From a virus, in IMG/VR virus record IMGVR_UViG_3300020202_000074, positions 1,023 through 65,022 of that record: a stretch of DNA of 64,000 nt; one strand, 5' to 3'. The position numbers and the translations under genes are program-made. The notes beneath the pieces were generated by a model. The model was not told the DNA's origin and did not search any database. It worked only from the letters and a program-made list of their open reading frames with translations. Position 1 is the first letter of the stretch; the number at the start of each line of letters is the position of its first letter. Below are positions 1-8,424 of this stretch, piece after piece.

Positions 1-42
1 GGCGCGTCGCCCACACTCATCCCCTTGCTCAAGGAGCATCCC

Positions 43-474
43 ATGTCCGTCACCATTACTTCCAAGCCCTCGTTCTCCATCCTCGCCGCTCGCGCCGCCA
101 CCGCCCTCGTCAAAGCCTCGAACGGCACGCGCATCACCTATCGCAAATCCACGCCCGAGAAGCAGTCATGGCTCTCCGTCAGTGGCCCCGGCTGTGGCGG
201 TCGCTCATTCATCTTCTTCGGCGACGCCGCCGACGCCACGCACTCCCTTCTCGCCATCGGCGCCCGTTGCACCGTCTCCCAGTTCACCAAGCGCATCGTG
301 CCGAACACCGACGTGCAGACCGGTCAGGTGTACCAGAACGTGGAGATCCTCGTTGAGGAATGCACGATCGACAGCCCCATGGAGCAGAACGAACCCACCC
401 ACGACGCCGTCGAAGAGACCGAGTCCACCGAAGCGTCCGCTGACCTCGTCGCCGCCGGCCACGACATCGGCTAA
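43..474 (+). CDS. hypothetical protein
   Basis: ATG at 43 after AAGGAG SD; C3-rich codons; acidic tail. Confidence 0.7.
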   Translation: MSVTITSKPSFSILAARAATALVKASNGTRITYRKSTPEKQSWLSVSGPGCGGRSFIFFGDAADATHSLLAIGARCTVSQFTKRIVPNTDVQTGQVYQNVEILVEECTIDSPMEQNEPTHDAVEETESTEASADLVAAGHDIG

Positions 475-609
475 GCCCAGAGCCTGAGTTAGTCCGACCC
501 CATCCCTAGCACGCATCCGATCCCGCGTTGTTGTGCTATGGTGGTGGGGAAGGACCAACCCAGTCCGCAGTCCCCAACCCAGGAGCCGATGGCTCCAGGA
601 GCCCCCACC

Positions 610-813
610 ATGCCCATCTTCCAAGTCCTCGTCCTAGTCCTCATCCTCCTCCTCTGGTTCATCGCCTGCCTCGCCTACGCTCAGACAGACTCCAATAGCA
701 CAGGGGAGACCATATTCGCAGTCATCTGCTTCGGCATCCTCGCAGGAGCCATCCTCTTTCTGTTATGCCTCGCTGGCACCTTCACCCACATCATCGGATG
801 GCCCACCCCATGA
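610..813 (+). CDS. small two-TM membrane protein
   Basis: SD CAGGAG, ATG 610; two hydrophobic stretches; ATGA coupling to next gene. Confidence 0.65.
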   Translation: MPIFQVLVLVLILLLWFIACLAYAQTDSNSTGETIFAVICFGILAGAILFLLCLAGTFTHIIGWPTP

Positions 814-914
814 CACGGGACCGAACCACTCGTATCCTCAACATCGTCGCGCTGGCCCTCGCTGCCTACGCCCTCCTCGCATCCCTCTTCGCCCTCTGGA
901 GACTCCACCAATGA
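810..914 (+). CDS. 34-aa single-TM protein (not in ORF track)
   Basis: MTRDRTTRILNIVALALAAYALLASLFALWRLHQ; ATGA overlaps at both ends. Confidence 0.6.
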   Translation: MTRDRTTRILNIVALALAAYALLASLFALWRLHQ

Positions 915-1189
915 ACACCATCCTCAGCACCTGGTCCGAAGGTTGCACCATCGTCACAATCCTCGTCGGAGGCATAGTCACCGTCGCAGGCATCATCGCC
1001 GGAGTCGCATTCCACCACAACAAGCGTGAGCACGACCGTGAAGACCTGAAGGCCCACCACGAAATGGAGGTCAAGGACCGCAACGACTACAAGGCCCTGA
1101 TACGTAACGCCAACCAAATCGACAAGGCTGACAAGTCTCTTGGCGGCCTGGACTCCCTCGCCGAAGCCCACCGTCGGTGGATGCCATGA
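911..1189 (+). CDS. single-TM protein with charged C-terminus
   Basis: hydrophobic IVTILVGGIVTVAGIIAGVAF; translational coupling. Confidence 0.65.
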   Translation: MNTILSTWSEGCTIVTILVGGIVTVAGIIAGVAFHHNKREHDREDLKAHHEMEVKDRNDYKALIRNANQIDKADKSLGGLDSLAEAHRRWMP

Positions 1190-1332
1190 TCTTGCTGGCC
1201 CTCGCGATGACGTGCTTCCTCGCCTTCCTTGGCGAACCAGCCCCCTGTGTCCTCACCATCCTCCCACTCCTCACCCTCACTCGCGCTAAAGGAGCCCCCC
1301 ATGATCGTGCCCAATGCACAACCTATCCGTGA
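1186..1332 (+). CDS. small hydrophobic protein (not in ORF track)
   Basis: MILLALAMTCFLAFLGEPAPCVLTILPLL..; ATGA coupling. Confidence 0.45.
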   Translation: MILLALAMTCFLAFLGEPAPCVLTILPLLTLTRAKGAPHDRAQCTTYP

Positions 1333-1954
1333 CATCCTCGACAGCACCGCCAAGGAGCAGTTCGACACCCTTGATCCCACCACTCCCGCCGCGTACATCG
1401 CCGCCAACGCCCAACGAAACTCCGCACCCGACCCTGCCGACGTGTCCAGCAACTCCCTCTCCCCCAGTTCGACAGCGACCCCGGAGGAGGCGGCCAAGTA
1501 TGACACCATCATGCCCATCGACGCGTGCCAAGAGTTCGTCGATCGTGCGATGGCCGTCATTCGACGCCGCGCTGCCACGCCGGGCGACAAGGTCAGCCGC
1601 CCCATGGGCGAACAGAAATGCACGTGCGGCGACCCCTACTGCTCGATGGCCAACATCCTCGGCGGCCTCATTTGCCAGATCATCAACGAGTCGGGCTTCC
1701 CCGAAAACATGCGCCCCCTTCTCCTCCAGGCGATCCACGAGAAAGTGGCCCCCGAGGCTGACAACCACATCAAGGACTTCCTCGCTGCGTTGATGGCCGA
1801 CATCCAAGCGTCCCCTGACAACGACCTCGGCCCCGATATCGACAATCCCGACAATCCCGACAATCCCGACAATCCCGACAACGACGACGACGACGATGAC
1901 GATGATGACGATGAGGGATGCAACGACGCCGACTGCGGTTGCCACCACAACTGA
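1301..1954 (+). CDS. hypothetical protein with (DNP)4/poly-Asp tail and Cys/His terminus
   Basis: SD AAAGGAG before ATG 1301; CTCGDPYC internally; ends GCNDADCGCHHN. Confidence 0.7.
   Translation: MIVPNAQPIRDILDSTAKEQFDTLDPTTPAAYIAANAQRNSAPDPADVSSNSLSPSSTATPEEAAKYDTIMPIDACQEFVDRAMAVIRRRAATPGDKVSRPMGEQKCTCGDPYCSMANILGGLICQIINESGFPENMRPLLLQAIHEKVAPEADNHIKDFLAALMADIQASPDNDLGPDIDNPDNPDNPDNPDNDDDDDDDDDDEGCNDADCGCHHN
1841..1913 (+). repeat. GACAATCCC x4 followed by GAY trinucleotide run
   Basis: direct reading; in frame, encodes DNPDNPDNPDNP then poly-D. Confidence 0.9.
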
Positions 1955-2122
1955 ACCACGATCCTTCACTCACCGTCACCGAAAGGTGGTGGTGGGCCTT
2001 GTACCCCTCAACCCCTAGGGGAGGGACCGTCGCTGGCCGCTCGCTTTGCTCGCGTTCGCGGCCAGCTCCGCACCCCACCACCGAAACCACCAGACAGGGA
2101 AACCCAACAGAAAGGAACGACG

Positions 2123-2476
2123 ATGTTCATTCTTGAGCAAACCGGCATCATCAGCTACACTCCCACCGGTCCCAATCACTGCGGCCAATCCCCCGCCGGC
2201 CCTCGGCAGTGCGGATACGAAATCAAGGTCTTCGCGAGCAGCTTGAACGAGGACGACATGGTCATCGAGCAGGACGAGCTCACGGAGCTGATCCGCAAGA
2301 CCGTCGAGGAGAACCCGTCGACTACGTGCGAGAAGCTCGCCGAAGCCCTTGGCGAGGCTATCTTCCGCAGCGACGCCGCCAATGAAGAAGGTGAGAACAT
2401 CGACGGCGCGTCCGTAACCATCGCCCCCGCCGACGGCCGTCGCGTCACCTTCACCATCGGAGACACCGTCCCATGA
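2123..2476 (+). CDS. possible degenerate T-fold (QueD/PTPS-like) protein
   Basis: SLNEDDMVIEQDELTELI..NPSTTCEKLAEAL..VTI resembles QueD pattern; HxH motif absent. Confidence 0.4.
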   Translation: MFILEQTGIISYTPTGPNHCGQSPAGPRQCGYEIKVFASSLNEDDMVIEQDELTELIRKTVEENPSTTCEKLAEALGEAIFRSDAANEEGENIDGASVTIAPADGRRVTFTIGDTVP

Positions 2477-2551
2477 CCGAGACCCAAGACTATTTCGACC
2501 CCATCGCCGCCGCCCTCGCCACCCTGCACGCCATCGCGAAGGAGTCCCCCC

Positions 2552-3490
2552 ATGGCTGAAAAGAACCCGTATTGGTTTTCAGGCGGCGAGGCGAGGTCAA
2601 TCTTGGACCCCGACATTCGCAAGCAACTCGGAATCAAACTGCACCCGAGCATTGAACTGCTGATGACAGCAAGTGATGAACTTTGCTACGCCATTGAAGC
2701 GGCGTTCTCCGATGAAGGTGTCAAGGATCGCGTTGCCGATGTACGCGCTGCCCTGGTCACGCTCTCCCTCGCCCGCCAAGCCGACGCGGCGACCATGCCG
2801 GCGGATGTGGCGACGCTCGTAGAGAAGTTGGACGACTGGACGCGATCAGACACTTCCCTCTCCTGTCGCAAATACGATTTGCTGCAAGAGGCAATCGCGT
2901 ACATCCGTCGTCCCCTCGCCCCGGCGACCCGACCATCCGCCCCTGCGGGCGATGTGGCGATGGAGATCGCTAATGTCGTGGCCGCGCACATTTGGGGCGA
3001 GTCTGTTGGCGTACCTGGCGAACTTCCAAAGGCAAAGGCGGCTCTCGCCACCCTCATCCGCCCCCACGTCACGGGGGACTGCCCCGAAGCCGACGCAACG
3101 GACTACGCCCACCCCGCATGGTGGCGTGGACATAACTACACCGTAGAAGTTTTCTGCCGAATGGTGAATGACATCATCGACGGCAAGAAGAGTTCCAAGG
3201 GCATATCGGGCGAGCCGTGGGAATCGACCAAACGACGGCTGTTCGCCCTCGCCGCGACCGCGAGCGGGGAGCAGTGGCGGCCGATTGAGACTGCGCCGAA
3301 GGATGGGACGCGAATCCTCGGAACTGTGGTGGGACTGGAGAACTCAACATTGGTTTATTTCTGGAACCGACTCGTCGAAGAATGGCGAGTCCTATTCAGC
3401 AATGGACTATGCACTCCACCAACCCACTTCATGCCACTCCCGCCCGCCCCAGCCACGGCGGAGCAGGGCGAGAAAGGCGGTGGTTCGTGA
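2552..3490 (+). CDS. phage protein with C-terminal DUF551-like domain
   Basis: WRPIETAPKDGT..PTHFMPLPPAP signature; SD AAGGAG. Confidence 0.7.
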   Translation: MAEKNPYWFSGGEARSILDPDIRKQLGIKLHPSIELLMTASDELCYAIEAAFSDEGVKDRVADVRAALVTLSLARQADAATMPADVATLVEKLDDWTRSDTSLSCRKYDLLQEAIAYIRRPLAPATRPSAPAGDVAMEIANVVAAHIWGESVGVPGELPKAKAALATLIRPHVTGDCPEADATDYAHPAWWRGHNYTVEVFCRMVNDIIDGKKSSKGISGEPWESTKRRLFALAATASGEQWRPIETAPKDGTRILGTVVGLENSTLVYFWNRLVEEWRVLFSNGLCTPPTHFMPLPPAPATAEQGEKGGGS

Positions 3491-3816
3491 TAGGTGATCC
3501 GATCAAAGGCATGAAACAGGAGATGGACCACACGTTCGGAGCAGCGGACATCCCTAGGCCTAAGCCCGTCGAGACGATGACAGTCCCCGTGGAGGACATC
3601 GAGCAGGTGCTCTACGACCTCAAGGACGCCGCCTCCCTCCTGCGGCTCATTGAGACGGGCGCTATTGTGGATCGCAGCAAGTTGCCGCCCGGCGTCACCC
3701 TCGCGATGGTCTCGGGCATCGAGGCTCGCCTCAACAAGTCATGGACCGCCCTCGCTGACTACACCTCGTCAACATCCTCGTCGGATGTGGACCCCACCCA
3801 TCAGAACCCCACATAA
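3487..3816 (+). CDS. hypothetical protein
   Basis: GTGA coupling to upstream stop; codon bias. Confidence 0.5.
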   Translation: MIGDPIKGMKQEMDHTFGAADIPRPKPVETMTVPVEDIEQVLYDLKDAASLLRLIETGAIVDRSKLPPGVTLAMVSGIEARLNKSWTALADYTSSTSSSDVDPTHQNPT

Positions 3817-3826
3817 GGATTCCTCC

Positions 3827-4375
3827 ATGCGACGCGTCTACCTCGACATCTCTCAACCCTGCCCCGGCACTCTGTGCAACGTCGGCCACCCCAAGGTGAT
3901 CGGCTGCGCCATGGGTGAAGTCCTCTTCCAGGCCGGCATCCCCCTCGACCTCCTTCGTCGATACGGCACCACTCGCGAGTTGTTTCAAGTGCATCGCGAG
4001 CGACGCAAGCAGCTGCTCCAGTGGCTCGGCATCCAACACTATGTGCCCATGGAATCGTATTCTCACGTGGAGTCCGCGTACGACAGCTTCGTCAAGCTCC
4101 GCGCGATGGACCGCCAAGAGCGACTAATCCACTTGGCGGCGAGACGTGAGTCAGCCCCCACAACGCCGGACTCATGGATCGATCCCGAGCACCATCGCGC
4201 GGAGCTGATCGAGAACGGCCGAAGGATCAATGTGGAGTTCGTCATCGGCATGGGTCCGGACCCCCTAGTTACAGAAGGAGCGCTGTCGTCATGTTCACCA
4301 ACGATGGTCGAATCAATCCTGAGTACCAAGCCCGCCGCAACCAGCCAACCGAGCCCAGTGTTGGCGACTGGGTGA
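3827..4375 (+). CDS. hypothetical protein
   Basis: SD TAAGGA, ATG 3827. Confidence 0.6.
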   Translation: MRRVYLDISQPCPGTLCNVGHPKVIGCAMGEVLFQAGIPLDLLRRYGTTRELFQVHRERRKQLLQWLGIQHYVPMESYSHVESAYDSFVKLRAMDRQERLIHLAARRESAPTTPDSWIDPEHHRAELIENGRRINVEFVIGMGPDPLVTEGALSSCSPTMVESILSTKPAATSQPSPVLATG

Positions 4376-4620
4376 TCAGCCGCATAAACCCCGAGGAGCT
4401 GGTCAAGTACGACGAAGACCCCAACAAGTTCTGGCGCGTCGCACAGGTCCAATCGTCTCGGCAGATGTACTACATCTACTTCAAATCCTCGGTGTCTTGG
4501 TTCGACAACGCCGTGGACGCCCTTGCGCACGCTGTAGGCCGAGCGTCGCTCGTCGACAACATCTACATCCGGGCGGACCTCGCTAAGATGACCATCCCTC
4601 CATTCGGACACCACACATGA
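4291..4620 (+). CDS. hypothetical protein
   Basis: SD AAGGAG, ATG 4291; overlaps previous gene by 85 nt. Confidence 0.6.
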   Translation: MFTNDGRINPEYQARRNQPTEPSVGDWVISRINPEELVKYDEDPNKFWRVAQVQSSRQMYYIYFKSSVSWFDNAVDALAHAVGRASLVDNIYIRADLAKMTIPPFGHHT

Positions 4621-5108
4621 CTCCAGCACCTGAGAAGAAGCCTAGGGGCGGTCCGTCCCGCAAGGAACGCAGGGCCCAGCTCGCCAACCTGCCCAAGCCC
4701 ACGAAGGCCAAGGTCCGTAAGGCCAAGCGGCAGATGGAGGACATCAAGAAGGCCTCCAGCCACCGATACTCGAAGACCGCCAACAAGAACTTCAAGAAAG
4801 CCCTAAAGCAGCGGGCCCAAGAGCTCGTTGAACAGGGCGTACAGGACGCTAGGGAGGGGCGGTTGGGGTCCGGCCCGCCGTCCGCTGCGCTGGCGGGCCT
4901 CCCCCCTCCACCACACGGGTCAATCGACGAAGGAGAAGACCATGACGTATCAGTTCCCGGATCTGGACAACTTGAAGAGCCTCACGAATCGGCAGCTGAC
5001 GCAGGTCTGGCGGGACACGGGAGCCGAGAAGCTGTTTGTCCGACAGTATTACGGGTGGGAGAGCGAGGAAGCGCTCAGCCGCCTCCGCCCGCTGAACGAG
5101 GTGATTGA
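4617..5108 (+). CDS. Lys/Arg-rich basic protein
   Basis: ATGA coupling; very basic N-terminal half; C-terminus runs into next gene. Confidence 0.55.
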   Translation: MTPAPEKKPRGGPSRKERRAQLANLPKPTKAKVRKAKRQMEDIKKASSHRYSKTANKNFKKALKQRAQELVEQGVQDAREGRLGSGPPSAALAGLPPPPHGSIDEGEDHDVSVPGSGQLEEPHESAADAGLAGHGSREAVCPTVLRVGERGSAQPPPPAERGD

Positions 5109-5199
5109 CGCCGTCCTCCGTGAGCAGGAGGCTCGTCGCCTCAGCGACCTGATGCGACGCGGCGCCCGCCGTTCACAACCTCAACACGTAAGTAGCTAA
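4942..5199 (+). CDS. hypothetical protein
   Basis: SD AAGGAG, ATG 4942 (MTYQFPDL). Confidence 0.65.
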   Translation: MTYQFPDLDNLKSLTNRQLTQVWRDTGAEKLFVRQYYGWESEEALSRLRPLNEVIDAVLREQEARRLSDLMRRGARRSQPQHVSS

Positions 5200-5228
5200 C
5201 CCCCTTCCTTCCCCAAAGGAACCCTCCG

Positions 5229-5546
5229 ATGTCTGCCTTCCACCTTATAGCCGCAGCTGCGGCAATCGCGTCGCTCCCGATCAAACCCACTACGGCTACC
5301 TCGTCCTCCAAGGAGTTGGGCGTGTTCTCGCCGCCCAAGCCCATCGACCTCCCGCCCGCCGTGCAGAACTACGAACCCAATTACTGGGTAGACCTCGCAT
5401 CGCAGGCCATGGCCAAGGGCATCTATGACGCGGCGTACTGGTACTGGATGACCGTGGCCGAGCTCGCCATCGGCTCTCGGCCCGTGGCCGACGCCCTCCG
5501 AGCCGCGTCCCACTGCCTGGAGCGGTGGCAGTCCACTCAACGATAA
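5229..5546 (+). CDS. hypothetical protein
   Basis: SD AAAGGA; helical C-terminus. Confidence 0.6.
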   Translation: MSAFHLIAAAAAIASLPIKPTTATSSSKELGVFSPPKPIDLPPAVQNYEPNYWVDLASQAMAKGIYDAAYWYWMTVAELAIGSRPVADALRAASHCLERWQSTQR

Positions 5547-5597
5547 TCGTCTCTGTTCCCCCTCTTTCCCCTATTTCCATTTCTAAAGGAGTATGTC

Positions 5598-6068
5598 ATG
5601 TCCGGTCTATTTTCACAAATCAGTGGCCAAGGCGCCTTCGCGAACGATCGCATCAACAGCCGCGTCAAGCCCCACGAACTCCAACCGTTGATCCTCCGCA
5701 GCGACGACGACGGCGCCGAGGTGATCGACATCATCGGCCTTCCCGTCCGCCCCGTGCAATTCAAGAACAAGAAGAACGAGGTGTCGGGCATCATGTCGCT
5801 GGTGGACTGCACCGACTGGGACGCCCAGGCGAGCAAGGTCCGCTCGGTCAGCGCGACGCTGAAGAACGCCGCCACCGGCGAAGAGACTCCGGTGCTCGTG
5901 GAGATCAAGGTTCTCAAGCTTGGCTATCTCCCCGGCATGGATCCCAAGGCCACCGGAGGAGCGTCGAATCCCGCGATCGCCGTTCCCGCCAAGCAGACCA
6001 GCGACAAATCCGCCGCTGCCGCTGAGATGTCCCCCGACGAGGCAAAGGCCCTCGGCGTCACCTCCTAA
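5598..6068 (+). CDS. hypothetical beta-rich protein, possibly ssDNA-binding
   Basis: SD AAAGGAG; alternating hydrophobic strands, flexible tail. Confidence 0.6.
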   Translation: MSGLFSQISGQGAFANDRINSRVKPHELQPLILRSDDDGAEVIDIIGLPVRPVQFKNKKNEVSGIMSLVDCTDWDAQASKVRSVSATLKNAATGEETPVLVEIKVLKLGYLPGMDPKATGGASNPAIAVPAKQTSDKSAAAAEMSPDEAKALGVTS

Positions 6069-6083
6069 CCAAAGGAGCGTCCA

Positions 6084-6788
6084 ATGTTCGCGTACGAAAC
6101 AGGGGAAACCCCCCAGCTTGGCGACTTCGTCGAGTTCTGGGACGGCCCAAAGAGGTACGTGGGTAAACGGGGTACCGTTACTCGTGTTGACACCGACAAC
6201 GCCACAATAAGGTGGACTGAGGGCGCCGCTGGATGGATGCCCAGTCGGTTCCGTCTCATCGGCCGCAAGGAGTCTGCTGTGCCCAACGAATACACATACG
6301 CATCGGGTGAAGCGCCCATCATGCGGGACGTCGTCGAGTACATCGGCGACGCAGACACCTGGAAGGGAAAGCGAGGCACCGTCATCGGGATAGGCATAGG
6401 CAGCTCCCTAACGAGGATTCGCTGGTCAGAGGGCGGGGGTTTGTGGAATGCCTCCTGGTTCAAGCTCGTCGAGCGTGGGGGCCAACCCTTGAAAGTCGAC
6501 CCCTATCTCAACACCCAAGTCATTCCTTACCCAACGCTGGAGAACACCACCATGAACGTCATGCCATTCCACGTCCGGATCTGGTCCGTGAATCGCGATC
6601 CCCAAACCCTCGCAGTCACCGACGCCACGATGCAGTTCGACGGCATCGTCATCGCCAAGACGCCCAAGGAGGCCGCCAACCTGAAGGCCACCGAGATCAT
6701 CCGCAACAACCAGGATCTCACCCTCGACGACCTCCGCAGCCACATCACTTCGCTCGGCAATGACGGGCACCTCAACGGCGGCCACTAA
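6084..6788 (+). CDS. protein with two tandem SH3/KOW-like repeats
   Basis: internal repeat Y..GE.P...D.VE..GKRGTV..IRW.EG. Confidence 0.65.
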   Translation: MFAYETGETPQLGDFVEFWDGPKRYVGKRGTVTRVDTDNATIRWTEGAAGWMPSRFRLIGRKESAVPNEYTYASGEAPIMRDVVEYIGDADTWKGKRGTVIGIGIGSSLTRIRWSEGGGLWNASWFKLVERGGQPLKVDPYLNTQVIPYPTLENTTMNVMPFHVRIWSVNRDPQTLAVTDATMQFDGIVIAKTPKEAANLKATEIIRNNQDLTLDDLRSHITSLGNDGHLNGGH

Positions 6789-6791
6789 GCA

Positions 6792-6895
6792 AGTCTCCAC
6801 TCTGCGCGAGCCCTCTTGGCCGAAAGGCCCTGGGGGTTTATTGATCGGTTAGCTGCACTTCCACACTTCCAAGCCAGGCACAGAGTAAGGAGACT
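6792..6895 (+). promoter_or_regulatory. candidate cis-regulatory RNA sequestering the SD of the gene at 6900
   Basis: AGTCTCC-ACTCTG (6792-6804) pairs with CAGAGT-aa-GGAGACT (6881-6895); internal GGCC-GAAA-GGCC hairpin. Confidence 0.5.
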
Positions 6896-6899
6896 CGTG

Positions 6900-7544
6900 A
6901 TGTCGATCATTCGACAGCACCGCACGGTTGGCACGTCGCTGTTTTACAGCGACGAGGCGTATTACGACAACAACGGGTTCAGTACTCAAGAGGCCTATTA
7001 CAGCGGAGTGGAGGACGACTACGACTTCTACACCCACCAGCTCGAAGGTGAGCTCTCGTACGAATCCATCGAAGTGGATCCCTCTCCAGTGGGGAATAAC
7101 TACGAGTTGAAGGCCTCCTTCGAGTACCGCGAGCCCCAACGCCTGCATGCGTTCCGTGGACACGTGGCGGACCGCATCGACAAGGACGGCCACTTCTGCG
7201 GCGAGATATGGGGTCCTATCCCCACCACCATTGATGTGCTGAGGAGGCACCGTCGCCAGCGACCCCGCATGGATTACGAGGCGTATCTGACGGCCCGCGC
7301 CGACGCCCTGTTGATCGAAGCGAAGGCCCCTCTCTTCATCACGACGCCCGACAGTCCGCCGAACATTTACGCGACGGAGGCCAAGCCCTCCACCTACCAT
7401 CCGGAACCTTGGCGAGCCTTGAAGGAGCAGATCCGCCTTCGCCTGGGCATGATCGACGCAACCAAACGACCATCGCCCATCCCCGAAGAGGACCTCACCT
7501 TCCAGGCCGCCCAGGCCCTCCGACACTCCCCAAGGAGCCGCTAA
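6900..7544 (+). CDS. hypothetical protein
   Basis: SD AAGGAG, ATG 6900. Confidence 0.65.
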   Translation: MSIIRQHRTVGTSLFYSDEAYYDNNGFSTQEAYYSGVEDDYDFYTHQLEGELSYESIEVDPSPVGNNYELKASFEYREPQRLHAFRGHVADRIDKDGHFCGEIWGPIPTTIDVLRRHRRQRPRMDYEAYLTARADALLIEAKAPLFITTPDSPPNIYATEAKPSTYHPEPWRALKEQIRLRLGMIDATKRPSPIPEEDLTFQAAQALRHSPRSR

Positions 7545-7900
7545 TGGCCAAGAAGACAGGCAAGAAGACCCGCAAGAAGTCACCCCCCAAGAAGGCCGTG
7601 TTCGTCGTCCCCTCCAGCAAACAGGGCAAGTACCCTCAGCTCGAACTGGAGTTCGATGCGAAAAATGAGAAGGGGAAAGATGGTAGTTCGGTCTACCTCT
7701 ATGGAGACGAGATCAGATCTCGGCAGAGTGACAGTAGTGATACCGCTTGGCCCATCAAGGGCCTCTCAACCGAGCAGGGCTACCTCGTGGGCTTCGCCTC
7801 CTGCGGCACCGGTGCCATCGTGGCCACCAACGTCGCACAGGTGAACCAGCTCATCGACTGGCTCAAGCTCTGCATCTCTGAGGGCGCCATTCGCCCCTAA
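7544..7900 (+). CDS. hypothetical protein with basic N-terminus
   Basis: TAATG coupling, SD AAGGAG. Confidence 0.65.
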   Translation: MAKKTGKKTRKKSPPKKAVFVVPSSKQGKYPQLELEFDAKNEKGKDGSSVYLYGDEIRSRQSDSSDTAWPIKGLSTEQGYLVGFASCGTGAIVATNVAQVNQLIDWLKLCISEGAIRP

Positions 7901-7915
7901 CCCCACGCCTATTCG

Positions 7916-7933
7916 GTAACTCGCGCGAGTTAC
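7916..7933. promoter_or_regulatory. perfect 18-bp palindrome upstream of Ubl operon
   Basis: GTAACTCGCGCGAGTTAC equals its reverse complement. Confidence 0.55.
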
Positions 7934-7984
7934 TCTTCCCTATGGCACGCACTGATGCGTGCAGCTCTTTGAAAGGAGCACTTC

Positions 7985-8245
7985 ATGAAGGTTACGTTCA
8001 TCAGCAACAGTGGCGACGGTACCCCCCAGACCATCGAGGTTCCGGACGACACCACCCTCGACATCGTTCTTCGTCAGAAGGGCGTCAACGAGGGCCAGGT
8101 CGTCATCTCCCACAACCGCCAGCGCGTCCCCGCCGGCAGCGCCGCCCAGACCCGCCTCCAGGACGGTGACCGCGTCGCGGTGACCCCGACGAACATGAAG
8201 GGAGCCATTGGCTCCGAGGGCGCTGAGATCCGTCTCGCCGCCTAA
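7985..8245 (+). CDS. ubiquitin-like (ThiS/MoaD beta-grasp) protein with C-terminal extension
   Basis: MKVTFI..IEVPDDTTL..RLQDGDRVAVTPTNMKG; SD AAAGGAG; neighbours E2/JAB/E1. Confidence 0.85.
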   Translation: MKVTFISNSGDGTPQTIEVPDDTTLDIVLRQKGVNEGQVVISHNRQRVPAGSAAQTRLQDGDRVAVTPTNMKGAIGSEGAEIRLAA

Positions 8246-8262
8246 TAGTCTGCGGTTAGGCA

Positions 8263-8374
8263 GCCAACGTAGCTCAAGAAGGTAGTACCTGGCCCGGTCG
8301 CTCCGGTCAGCGAATCCCCTGGAAGAGCGTCGGACAATAATCCGGTGATGGAGGTTCGAGTCCTCCCGTTGGCT
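8263..8374 (+). ncRNA. tRNA-like element: 49-nt D loop, 6-nt anticodon loop
   Basis: GCCAACG/CGTTGGC acceptor, GCTC/GAGC D stem, GGAGG-TTCGAGT-CCTCC T arm, loop CAATAA. Confidence 0.8.
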
Positions 8375-8424
8375 TTGTACGTTACGTTCCTACTTCCACC
8401 CCCTCGCTCTAGAAGGAGCACCAT

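Noticed and set aside
1841-1913. CRISPR array
   Set aside because: 9-nt in-frame tandem repeat without spacers; no array or cas genes seen anywhere in the window
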